64,000 nt of DNA, from the IMG/VR virus record IMGVR_UViG_3300037455_000462, positions 32,001 through 96,000 of that record; one strand, given 5' to 3'. Under the pieces are notes generated by a model that worked only from the letters and a program-made list of their open reading frames with translations, had not been told where the DNA came from and did no database searches. The translations under genes were made by a program, and so were the position numbers. Shown here in pieces: positions 9,427 to 18,397 of the stretch (positions are counted from its first letter, which is position 1; each line of letters starts with the position of its first letter). The stretch comes from a virus (lineage: Duplodnaviria > Caudoviricetes).

Positions 9427-12285
9427 TTAAATCATTGACTTCGGTATAGAATCATACAATCCCTTCAAGTCAATGTCGGGGTGATTCTTTTGATAGTTCC
9501 TCCAAATAGCGATGTACTGTTCACTTTTTTCGTCACCCTTGGTATAGTTAACGCCCGTGAGGTCGCAGTATTTGAACACCCTCGCAATGAAGTCGCTTGA
9601 TGTGTTGCCACCTTTGTTGTCGTAGTTGATTTCCAAGAACTTGATTAAGTTTTCCAATTCGTGTGGAGATATCGGATTTTTCACGTTGTAGTGGCGCATA
9701 ATGTAACGTTTCAGATAATTCGTCATAACAACGGATTTCGTATCTTCAACCCTCATAGTCGGATTGGCAACGATGTCCTCGTATTTGTACTTGAACACGC
9801 CGTTACCTTGGTTGTCCATATAGTCTTCGACATATTCTTCAGCCGTTTTGTCTGGGAGGAATTTCTTTACAATTCTCTTGAACTCCTTTTCTCCGAGTTC
9901 GGTGTAAGACTTCAGTCCGCGAAGTCTGCAAACACGGTTGAGTTCTTCAATGCAGAAAGACCAAGAACGAGGGCTAATCTGACGGGTCTTGTTGCCCGTT
10001 GTTGATTCAGTAGGGTCAATGTTATGCCACCTTGAATTCTTGGTGTCAGCACCCATAGCACCTATATGGTCGATTGTGAAATCGTCAAATCCGCCTTTCT
10101 CTTTCGCCCATTTAGCCCATTCCTTGAAGTCGGGAACAAAGTTCACTGAAACGAAACGCTGTTTCAGAGCATCGCTCAACAACTGCCAATTCTGATTCAC
10201 TTGGATATCGTCAGTAGGTCTGTTGGAGCAAGCCATACAATACCATTTGCTGCCGAGTCTGTAACCCGAAGTGGTCTGACGGTTCATCATAATCTGTGCG
10301 ATACCGAACAATGTGTCGGGGTCTGCACGCAGGAACTCGTCAAACATCAAGATACCGCCGCCGCCGTGGACTTCGCTGTCCATTTCGATTCCGTCCTTGT
10401 CGTAAACAATGTCAACAGAACCGTTTGCTTCCGCATTACGAGCCTTGTCTATTTCACGGTCGCCCGTTGGTTGCCACATAGGAAGCCAACTCTTCGGGGC
10501 ATCGGAAGAATGCGCCGAAATATATTTCTTGAAATCCTTGTCAGTCATATTCCTGCCCTTGACCATTTCTTGGATTACGGGGTTTTGTTTGACCCTCTCG
10601 ATGTCAATGTCATTTATCTTGACGGGCATAGGCATAAACAAGTCACCCGCCTGCAAGGTGGAACAGTCCACAACAATGATTGACATCATATTTCCCGTAG
10701 AACCGCCGCTTTCAGCGATTTTCTTGTTTGCCGCTTTTATAAGGATTGATGGGATTGTGGTCTTTCCGATACCTGGCGCACCCCAAACCAACATAGGCTT
10801 ACCCGTTGGACGACCGTCCATAAGGATTTCGTTGATGTTGTCGTTCAAGTCATTCTCCAACTCGGAAGTGGTGACATCAACGGCATCTATGTTGAGGTAG
10901 GTTTGACCGCCTTCTTTCTCGATGGCTTTCAGTCCGACACGGCGTTCATTGACCTCAACGGATTCGCTGATACCCGCAGCCTTTGAAACGTAGTCCAAGA
11001 ATTTGAGGTAGTTGTCATATTCGAGACTGCCCTTTTCGATTTTGTCATAGTAACCGCTCTTTGAAGGATAGTTGACGGGCTTTCCGATTTCGGCATAAAC
11101 GCCGCGAATCTTGTGCTTGTGGATGAAGTTAACAATGTTCTGCGGCAAGTTAGCACCGAACATATCGAATGTCTTGCCGACAACGAATGTGAATCCGTCC
11201 ATAAGTTTTATACCGACACTCTTGAAAGCACCTTTGATTTTGTCAAACGCTTTCTTGGCGTAGTCGCCGATAACACCCTCGTTCATCACATAGTTCTCTT
11301 GGATGAACTTGGCTGTATCCATAACGTAGGTTTTTTGTTCGTCTGTGTCCATAATTCCAGTATTTCTGTAACTTTTCAATGTTTTAACCTTTCGCTTAAC
11401 GTCTTGGGCATTGCCGACCATAGCACTCATCTGCTTCCTTGATATTTCGGCATCGTCAACGCTCATCTGACCGATAACGGGCATATATCCGAGGAACGGG
11501 TTGATTGTGGCTTCCCAATGGTCGATGACCTCTTGCTTATCGAAGTCTGAAGCAACAAACATATTCTTAACGGATTCAGCACTTGAAAGTTCCCACTCAC
11601 GTATTGAATCGTTATTGAATGTTGATTTGTAGAACATACCGTCAAAGACAGTTCCGTTTGAAACATTCCAACCGCTCAAGTCAACGTTTGGTAAATCCTT
11701 GAATGCGAATACAGCGCAGAAGTTCTTAACGTCTGTCACATTGAAAATGGAGTAGGGGAGTTCGACATCCTGCGTTGTCATACCTTCCAACTCGCCTTTC
11801 AGAAGCATATCGTAAACAAGGTCTGCCGCATAGTTTATATCCCTCTTATCACCTTGGATATACGCTTTGTCACCACGGTTTTTAAGGGTTATCTCTTGGT
11901 GCGAAAGCCAATCGGCTTGTTCATCAGAAAGAGATTTGGACTTGCTTGCGTTTTCCTTCTGATTTTGTCTGACCTCGAAGTCGTGCATAGACTTGACACC
12001 CTTCATATCGTCATCATCGTCATCGGGAATATCGTTTTCGAGAGAGTTGTTTCCGATGTTTTCGTCATCAACGTCATCGAAGAATCCCTCATTGACAACC
12101 ATACGGCTGTTTCTGTTTTTAAGGAGTTCGTCAACGGATTCAGAAATCATTTGCGAATTCTCCGCGAAAAACTGCTCATAAAGTTTTCTTTTTTCCGAAA
12201 TAGGCAGGCTCTTGTCAACCTTGTTCCAAAAGTTTTCCCTTGCGTATTTTGAAACAATGCCTATATTGTAATCAAATGCGTTCAT
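9427..12285 (-). CDS. MoxR-like AAA+ ATPase with N-terminal BspA/DUF285-like repeats
   Basis: Walker A GAPGIGKT, Walker B LMFDEF, ACSNR, ALKQRF, SPRSW; WNVSNGTVFDGMF-type repeats upstream. Confidence 0.8.
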   Translation of the reverse strand: MNAFDYNIGIVSKYARENFWNKVDKSLPISEKRKLYEQFFAENSQMISESVDELLKNRNSRMVVNEGFFDDVDDENIGNNSLENDIPDDDDDDMKGVKSMHDFEVRQNQKENASKSKSLSDEQADWLSHQEITLKNRGDKAYIQGDKRDINYAADLVYDMLLKGELEGMTTQDVELPYSIFNVTDVKNFCAVFAFKDLPNVDLSGWNVSNGTVFDGMFYKSTFNNDSIREWELSSAESVKNMFVASDFDKQEVIDHWEATINPFLGYMPVIGQMSVDDAEISRKQMSAMVGNAQDVKRKVKTLKSYRNTGIMDTDEQKTYVMDTAKFIQENYVMNEGVIGDYAKKAFDKIKGAFKSVGIKLMDGFTFVVGKTFDMFGANLPQNIVNFIHKHKIRGVYAEIGKPVNYPSKSGYYDKIEKGSLEYDNYLKFLDYVSKAAGISESVEVNERRVGLKAIEKEGGQTYLNIDAVDVTTSELENDLNDNINEILMDGRPTGKPMLVWGAPGIGKTTIPSILIKAANKKIAESGGSTGNMMSIIVVDCSTLQAGDLFMPMPVKINDIDIERVKQNPVIQEMVKGRNMTDKDFKKYISAHSSDAPKSWLPMWQPTGDREIDKARNAEANGSVDIVYDKDGIEMDSEVHGGGGILMFDEFLRADPDTLFGIAQIMMNRQTTSGYRLGSKWYCMACSNRPTDDIQVNQNWQLLSDALKQRFVSVNFVPDFKEWAKWAKEKGGFDDFTIDHIGAMGADTKNSRWHNIDPTESTTGNKTRQISPRSWSFCIEELNRVCRLRGLKSYTELGEKEFKRIVKKFLPDKTAEEYVEDYMDNQGNGVFKYKYEDIVANPTMRVEDTKSVVMTNYLKRYIMRHYNVKNPISPHELENLIKFLEINYDNKGGNTSSDFIARVFKYCDLTGVNYTKGDEKSEQYIAIWRNYQKNHPDIDLKGLYDSIPKSMI

Positions 12286-12307
12286 ATATGATGAATAATG
12301 TTTTTTC

Positions 12308-14284
12308 TTATTGTTCTGGGATATTGATTTGTGAAATAAGGTCTTCCTTCCAATCCAAACCGTTCAAGAAACTCTCTTTGAGAGAACCGTTCACGAAAGC
12401 ACGCCAAGTCAGATACTGACCGCGACCCTCGATAAATTCGTTCTCAACGGTTTCGATTACCTCATCAACATATTGTGGCGGAACAGCCCAACTTTCATCG
12501 TTGGTTTCTTTCACTTGTTGGAGTTTAGCCTTGACTTTCGTCCAAATGACAAGAACGGGCGGTGCTATGCGGTAGAACTTGCAGCGTCCTCTGATTGCGC
12601 CCCAACTGTCACCCAACTGACTTGAAAGTTTCTGCTCTGAAAGGTTGGTGATAATGATGAACCTGCTCATAATGTTCATTTCATCGGGTATCATACGCTC
12701 AATGCTCTTGACCTTTTCCTCTTCATCGGTCTGCTGCTGCGCCTTGCCTTTCTTGTTGAGTTTTTTCAACGTTTCTTGCGAAGGACATTCCTTCAGATAC
12801 CTTTTCTTGTAATTCACAATGCCGCCTTCCTTGCAACTCTCTATGCTGTAGAAATTGCCTCTGATAACATCGCCCATATCGGAAGCGGTCGGGCATTTCA
12901 CAGTAGGAAAGTCGCCTTTCGGCTCAAGAGCCTTTTTCCAAAAACCGATTTGGAAATCGCTGTCAAACAACTTCGGGGTATCGTCAAAAACAAGAACCTT
13001 TCCGTTGTTGTTGTATATGAAATTGTAAAGTTCCTTTGCGTTGCAGGTGGTGTTGTCACGCTCGGCATAGTCCCTTCCTTTTTCAAGTCTCATTTCTTTC
13101 TTGATTTCGTTCCAAGTTTCGGACTTACCGATACCGCCGACACCGCTGATGAAGATGGCGGGCGCACCGACATCCAATCTGTCCAATTTCTGAACCCTCG
13201 TGAGTTTGCAGAACTCAACAAGGAACTGTGTTCTTTTCTTCAAATCTTCCATCTGCGTGAAGTACAAATCAACCAATTTCTTGAACTCGCTGAAATTGTT
13301 TTTGTACATAATATTCACGAGACTGATGTCAATACCACGGTATTCAGTACCGTATTCGCTCGTAACACCCTCGGCTACATTGACACTCTCGTTTGTGAGA
13401 ACGTTTGCCTTGATGCCGAACATATCGTCCGTACATATAATATACACCACGGCGCAATAAACCTCGATGGAACTGCGTTTGTTGACGGGAATACCGCCAG
13501 AGAGGATGCGGCGCAGTTTGATGCCCTCGGCATCGCCAACACAAAGGCTTTCCGCAATGTCGTATGGTCTGAAATCAATGTTTTTCATATGTTCAGCCAA
13601 GTCGTTGATACCCTCGACTGTAATCTTGTCACCAAGCCAACTCGGTTTCTTCGCCTCGTTCTTGACCCACTTCAACACGGCTACGGTCTTTGGGTTCTTT
13701 GCAATGGAATTCCAAGCGACCCTAATGTCGTCATTGGTGAGAGCCTCGTTAATCATTTCCTCGGTGAACTCGACTTGCATACCCTCGTACAGACCATTCT
13801 GATAAGCATCTGGGTTCTTGATTATGTCAAACAGCAGGTCAAGCATACGGACAATACCCATATTCTTCGCGCTGATTGTGTAGTCGGCAACCTGCGAATC
13901 CTCTTTCAGATTGTAACTCTTGTAATAACGGATAACCGAACTGCTGCCGTTCCCAACGGGGGTCAACGTGACGGCGTTGCCGTTTCCGAGACCGCTCATT
14001 ATGAGAATTGTGTTCGTTCCGTCAATCAACTTGAAGAACGTATGGAAATACGCTTTCCAACCGCAGTTCTTGTTCAAGAGCGCGATTACGCTTTCCGCCA
14101 TTTTCTTCATTTTCGGATTGTCCGCCACGACCAAATTAGGCTCTGTGGCAAACGGTGTCGCATTAAGTTTGTCCGCAATGGCAACAGTGTCGATTTCACT
14201 GCCGTTGGATTCAAGCAGAAGATTAGGGTCTTCTTTCACAGCACTTTTGCTTATGCGACTTATTGAATCAGATAAATTTTTCAT
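12308..14284 (-). CDS. P-loop/AAA ATPase domain protein
   Basis: GVGGIGKS, VLVFDD, FIIITN, AIRGR. Confidence 0.7.
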   Translation of the reverse strand: MKNLSDSISRISKSAVKEDPNLLLESNGSEIDTVAIADKLNATPFATEPNLVVADNPKMKKMAESVIALLNKNCGWKAYFHTFFKLIDGTNTILIMSGLGNGNAVTLTPVGNGSSSVIRYYKSYNLKEDSQVADYTISAKNMGIVRMLDLLFDIIKNPDAYQNGLYEGMQVEFTEEMINEALTNDDIRVAWNSIAKNPKTVAVLKWVKNEAKKPSWLGDKITVEGINDLAEHMKNIDFRPYDIAESLCVGDAEGIKLRRILSGGIPVNKRSSIEVYCAVVYIICTDDMFGIKANVLTNESVNVAEGVTSEYGTEYRGIDISLVNIMYKNNFSEFKKLVDLYFTQMEDLKKRTQFLVEFCKLTRVQKLDRLDVGAPAIFISGVGGIGKSETWNEIKKEMRLEKGRDYAERDNTTCNAKELYNFIYNNNGKVLVFDDTPKLFDSDFQIGFWKKALEPKGDFPTVKCPTASDMGDVIRGNFYSIESCKEGGIVNYKKRYLKECPSQETLKKLNKKGKAQQQTDEEEKVKSIERMIPDEMNIMSRFIIITNLSEQKLSSQLGDSWGAIRGRCKFYRIAPPVLVIWTKVKAKLQQVKETNDESWAVPPQYVDEVIETVENEFIEGRGQYLTWRAFVNGSLKESFLNGLDWKEDLISQINIPEQ

Positions 14285-14313
14285 ATTTAGAATTGTATTA
14301 TATATGGCAAATA

Positions 14314-14321
14314 TATTTATA
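14314..14321 (-). promoter_or_regulatory. late promoter TATAAATA
   Basis: Exact match overlapping the upstream stop codon, about 30 nt before the ATG at 14284. Confidence 0.65.
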
Positions 14322-15063
14322 TGTTACGGGGATTCTGTTTCTGAAATTCATTTATGTCAACTTTAACCCAATCAAGATGTTCGCGTTTGTCCATCAAAAT
14401 GTACCAATGACCGCCGTAGTCACTTTCCTCCCAACACAACTTCGCGTAATAGATGGTTTTTCCGTGTATATCCATCAGAGGGTATCTGAACATTCTGTCG
14501 GATGAAACGTCTGTTGTCAATTCGCATTTGTCGTAATATTTCGCGGGGACATAATCCGCCCTCGCATAAACACGGAATCTTCTGTACTTCATCAAAGAAC
14601 GCAATCCGTCCGCAATATCGTCATAATCGTACAAATGAAATATCTCGTATTGTTCCTCCGTATTCATAAACGCAGGCATAATGCAGCAGAACGCATCAGA
14701 ACGCTTATGCCCAACGACATACCCGTTCTTTTCGAGTATGCGTATAGCATTGTCTATGTCGTTGGAGTTGACGGGAAACTTCCAAACCTCGTGTTCTATG
14801 TCGCAGTCTTTGTCGATAAACACGCCGCCGACCCGTGACTTGAACACGGAGTATTCCGTGTTTTTGTCATCAATGTCATACCACATAAGACTTGAAACGA
14901 GTGCCACGGCGACCGCTTTCATCCTCTCCACGTTGTTATTCGGCATTTCGTTGAATTTGTTGAATTCGTCCTTTTTGATTTTCAGATTCGACAATGACGC
15001 TCCGAGGTTTCCGAGCCTCTCCTTGCTTATGGGCTTTATGCCGAGTTTTTTTACGCCTTCCAT
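14317..15063 (-). CDS. hypothetical protein with N-terminal tag variant (KKLGIKPISKERL)
   Basis: 248-aa ORF overlapping the end of the tube-like gene. Confidence 0.7.
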   Translation of the reverse strand: MEGVKKLGIKPISKERLGNLGASLSNLKIKKDEFNKFNEMPNNNVERMKAVAVALVSSLMWYDIDDKNTEYSVFKSRVGGVFIDKDCDIEHEVWKFPVNSNDIDNAIRILEKNGYVVGHKRSDAFCCIMPAFMNTEEQYEIFHLYDYDDIADGLRSLMKYRRFRVYARADYVPAKYYDKCELTTDVSSDRMFRYPLMDIHGKTIYYAKLCWEESDYGGHWYILMDKREHLDWVKVDINEFQKQNPRNI

Positions 15064-15611
15064 ACAGCCAACTTTATTTCAACCTCCTGCGCACGGAATG
15101 TGCAGTTAAATGTTTTCATATCAATCGTATTGTTTGAATAGTTGAAGTCGAGACCGTCTATGCTCGTGAACAAGACGTTCTTGTATTCAATGGTGAACGC
15201 CTCGTACCCGTTTCCGTCAAAAATGCGCATAAACGGAACACCGTTTATGAACTTGTCGTTTGTTGACGAATAGTAGTAGTAGAACAAGTCGAGCATAAGA
15301 AAATAGTTTATGAACCCGTCATACAACTGCTGCGTGATTGTAAACTCCTTCTGCATCAGTTTCTCTGGCGATGCCGCCGAGCGGTATATCCTTGAATACG
15401 GGGTCTTTCTGTCGTATTGCTCGACCACATCGAACTGCACGTTCTGCATATTGAACCCTTGTATTCCGTAGTTCACATAGTCTATGCAGCGTCCGAACAT
15501 ATTGCCTGGGATTCTCTCCAAATACGGCATATACTTGTCTTCAATTTCTTGTGGAATGAGCGTCTTCGCAAAGAAGAACTCAAACATATTGTTTCTTGCG
15601 GGTTGTAACAT
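15051..15611 (-). CDS. putative tail tube-fold protein (gp19/gp54-like)
   Basis: RNNMFEF N-terminus, terminal LDFNYS...TFNCTF strand pattern, 186 aa, late promoter. Confidence 0.45.
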   Translation of the reverse strand: MLQPARNNMFEFFFAKTLIPQEIEDKYMPYLERIPGNMFGRCIDYVNYGIQGFNMQNVQFDVVEQYDRKTPYSRIYRSAASPEKLMQKEFTITQQLYDGFINYFLMLDLFYYYYSSTNDKFINGVPFMRIFDGNGYEAFTIEYKNVLFTSIDGLDFNYSNNTIDMKTFNCTFRAQEVEIKLAVWKA

Positions 15612-15627
15612 AAGTAAGAGTTTTCTT

Positions 15628-15635
15628 TATTTATA
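15628..15635 (-). promoter_or_regulatory. late promoter TATAAATA
   Basis: Exact match about 17 nt upstream of the ATG at 15611. Confidence 0.7.
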
Positions 15636-15645
15636 ACAATAAAAG

Positions 15646-15674
15646 AAAAACGCCCTCGGATTGGGGGCGTTTTT
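15646..15674. terminator. intrinsic terminator
   Basis: AAAAACGCCCTC-GGATT-GGGGGCGTTTTT. Confidence 0.7.
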
Positions 15675-15707
15675 CATAGAATGGAAAATATTTGAAAGTT
15701 ACAGAAA

Positions 15708-15908
15708 TTACTTATTTTCTTTTTTATCTTTGGTGTCATTCCCGTTTTCGGTTTGGGGGGCTTGGTTTTCCTCCTCTGCGAAATAGTTGGGAACGAGGAT
15801 GTTTACAGCCGCGTAAACCAACGCAGCGTCTTTCAATGAGTATATGCCGCTTTGCTGTCCGATGACAGCAGCCTGCACAAGTACGTTAATTGCTTCTTTC
15901 TCGTTCAT
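15708..15908 (-). CDS. small hypothetical protein
   Basis: 66-aa ORF abutting the Hsp20 gene. Confidence 0.6.
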   Translation of the reverse strand: MNEKEAINVLVQAAVIGQQSGIYSLKDAALVYAAVNILVPNYFAEEENQAPQTENGNDTKDKKENK

Positions 15909-15910
15909 AG

Positions 15911-16351
15911 TTATTGGATTTCAATTTCGTGTGACGCTTCTTCTTCCTTTTCCTTTTTAGGCATATAGATTTCAAGAACGCCGTTCTTGAGTTGCGCCTT
16001 GATGTCCTTTGCATTAACTTCGTCACCAAACGGGATTTTCACGTCCTCGTCCTTTTTCATATTGACGAAATTGCCGTTGATGTCCTCCCTTGCGTAGATA
16101 CGCACATAGTTGATACCGTTGGAAGTCTTGGCGATTTCAATGCCGATTTGCTCTCTGTCGATTTCGGGGATAAGCAGCAAAGCGACTTTCATATCGTCAT
16201 TATCCTCGATTTTCAGTCGCATACTGTCGTAACAGCAAGCGCAGTTGTTTTCGTTTCCTGCTGAAAAAAGTTTGTTGAAAGCCTCGTTGAAACCTTCAAA
16301 ATTAGCACCGAGTGCCGTAAACAAGTTGTCTAAATCTCTAATGTAGCCCAT
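15911..16351 (-). CDS. small heat-shock protein (Hsp20/alpha-crystallin)
   Basis: IKAQLKNGVLEIYMPK and terminal IEI motif. Confidence 0.85.
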   Translation of the reverse strand: MGYIRDLDNLFTALGANFEGFNEAFNKLFSAGNENNCACCYDSMRLKIEDNDDMKVALLLIPEIDREQIGIEIAKTSNGINYVRIYAREDINGNFVNMKKDEDVKIPFGDEVNAKDIKAQLKNGVLEIYMPKKEKEEEASHEIEIQ

Positions 16352-16376
16352 AGTTTAATTTGTTTGTTTTAATACT

Positions 16377-16388
16377 ATATAATAAAAA
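16377..16388 (-). promoter_or_regulatory. phage promoter-like motif TTTTTATTATAT
   Basis: One of 8 exact copies, all intergenic and oriented with the downstream gene. Confidence 0.6.
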
Positions 16389-16476
16389 TTGTCATTTTTT
16401 ATTTGCCGTTGAAATTTTTTTTTCAACAGAGCATTGTTAGCAAATAATATACCAATCAGAGCGGACTGACATTTTG

Positions 16477-17823
16477 TCAGTTCTTTATCGTTTTCTTCAA
16501 TGACTTCAAGTCATCCAAATACATATCAGACGGAACTTTCTTTCGCATTTCTTCAAGTTCTACCTTTTTGGAATCCCGCTCTTTTATGAGTTCGGCATAC
16601 CTTTCCTTGGTAAGCGAATAAATCGGCATATTTATCAGATAGTCGAATGAATTTGAAACCTTGTCGAACTTGTTTGCTTCAAGCCAATCGCAGATTTCCT
16701 TTTTCGGGACGTTGTTCACTTTCAGTTTCTTGTCGATTATGGACTTCACGAAACGCGCCTTGTTCGTCAGCACCATAAGTTCCTTTTCGAGAACGCCTAT
16801 CAGATATTTCTTGCGTTTGTCATACCAAGTGAGTCGGTAGTCGCAGAAATAAGGAACGATGTCTTCCGCCTTGTCGAATTGCAGAAGCCTGCCGTTCTCG
16901 TCAAGTGTAACGACATTCTCCGTTTCCGAACTGTTTATGTGAAGCACGCTTTCGAGTTTGTTGGATTCGATAAGTTCCTTCAGTGCCGTGCGTGTGAATT
17001 TCACCACATAATCGACAACTGACGAACTGTTGTTGTCATAATCCACAATCACCTTTTTGTCAACAAGTGAGTCAAGGTATTCCTCGTATTTCTCGAATGT
17101 TATGGACGGCGGCAAATCCGTCACCCTAACGGTGGTTGTGTTTAACACCTTGTAAACACCCGATATGAGCCACTTGTTTTTGTTTTCCTTATCCCTTGTG
17201 TATGTGCCTCCGAACTCCGCGAGCCAAGGCTTCAGTTCCTTCGGCTTTTTTCCGTTGAGATGCGCTATGCAGGCATCAACAACCTCAACGGGATTTCTGT
17301 TGAGTATGTTCGTTGAATACCCCACCGCTATGCCTGGACTTCCGTTCAGCAGCAACGTTGGAACTATCGGCAGAAAAAAGTTCGGCTCTACTACATAGCC
17401 TTCCTCGATTCTGTTTTCAAGCAACTCAAAGTCCTTGTATAAAAGTCTGAAATTTTTGGAAAGTTTTGTTCCGATATAACGGGGCGCACCCGCTGACGGA
17501 ACACGGAGGCTTCCGTACTGACCGTAGCCTTCAAGCAGCGGCAGGCTGTTCTTGAAAGTCTGCCCCATATAGGTTATCGCATCGTACATACTTCTGTCGC
17601 CGTGCGGGTACAACGCCATAGACGAAACATATCCGCCGAATTGAAAAACCTTCATAGATTTCTCGTTCCCGTTTTTCCAAATCTTGTTCGCAACAAAAAC
17701 AATCTTGCGCTGAACGGGCTTGAACCCGTCAATGCAACTCGGTATAGCCCTGTCCTCAACAACCGATTTCGCGAACAGCCGTTGGTCAACATCCAAAAAG
17801 TTGTCAATAGTCCTTAATTTCAT
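16477..17823 (-). CDS. gp52: DNA topoisomerase II medium subunit (gp52; GyrA/ParC-like)
   Basis: RAIPSCIDGFKPVQRK, YPHGD, APRYI catalytic Tyr, GIAVGYST. Confidence 0.92.
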   Translation of the reverse strand: MKLRTIDNFLDVDQRLFAKSVVEDRAIPSCIDGFKPVQRKIVFVANKIWKNGNEKSMKVFQFGGYVSSMALYPHGDRSMYDAITYMGQTFKNSLPLLEGYGQYGSLRVPSAGAPRYIGTKLSKNFRLLYKDFELLENRIEEGYVVEPNFFLPIVPTLLLNGSPGIAVGYSTNILNRNPVEVVDACIAHLNGKKPKELKPWLAEFGGTYTRDKENKNKWLISGVYKVLNTTTVRVTDLPPSITFEKYEEYLDSLVDKKVIVDYDNNSSSVVDYVVKFTRTALKELIESNKLESVLHINSSETENVVTLDENGRLLQFDKAEDIVPYFCDYRLTWYDKRKKYLIGVLEKELMVLTNKARFVKSIIDKKLKVNNVPKKEICDWLEANKFDKVSNSFDYLINMPIYSLTKERYAELIKERDSKKVELEEMRKKVPSDMYLDDLKSLKKTIKN

Positions 17824-18371
17824 CTTACATTCTCCTTATACGAGTTCTTAAACAATGTGTCGAACACGCCACCGTAATAGCCTTCCTCCGCCATAATGGA
17901 CAAAGCCTCCCTATAATCCCACTCGCCTATTACATTGTAGTCGCCTTTGTCCTTGCTGTCAAGCAGAAAATCCACGGTGACATCAAAATAATAGTCGCCT
18001 ATTTTGTTGAAAGCGTGGTCTATCGGTATTCCTATTACAGTCATATATCCCTCCACGTACTTAACTTCGGGGTTTTCCATAACCTGCCCGTTGACGCTCA
18101 ACTTACCGATTGATTCAAGTATGTTGGCTGCGTGGAGGGAATTGCTGTAACATTCCTTTTTCTGAAATCTCCCGTACTTGCGAAGTCTGTCGATGACATC
18201 GGACTCGAACAAATCGTAAACCGAATGAATCTCGATTGGGCGCAGGCAGGAGAGTTTCCTTTCGAAATATTCCTTTTGGTAGCCAGAAGAAAGTCGGGCG
18301 AAGTTCTTCAGCATATTCGCCGTAGAATGGTCGTCCGACTCCGTTATAAACTCAATATATTTCTTAACCAT
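17820..18371 (-). CDS. hypothetical protein, possible Cys-His-Asp (transglutaminase/papain-like) fold
   Basis: ECYSNS...YVEGY...PIDHAFN...YFDVT; N-terminal YIEFITE; own late promoter. Confidence 0.55.
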   Translation of the reverse strand: MVKKYIEFITESDDHSTANMLKNFARLSSGYQKEYFERKLSCLRPIEIHSVYDLFESDVIDRLRKYGRFQKKECYSNSLHAANILESIGKLSVNGQVMENPEVKYVEGYMTVIGIPIDHAFNKIGDYYFDVTVDFLLDSKDKGDYNVIGEWDYREALSIMAEEGYYGGVFDTLFKNSYKENVR

Positions 18372-18389
18372 TACAAATCCAATTTGTCA

Positions 18390-18397
18390 TATTTATA
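18390..18397 (-). promoter_or_regulatory. late promoter TATAAATA
   Basis: Exact match overlapping the DHFR-TS stop codon, about 19 nt before the ATG at 18371. Confidence 0.6.

Noticed and set aside
12776-14266. Long antisense ORFs (496 aa here; also 35751-37097, 29993-31132, 59020-59934)
   Set aside because: These are shadows of real genes on the opposite strand. They have no motifs or promoters, and the codon bias (few TTA/CTA/TCA codons) explains the open antisense frames.
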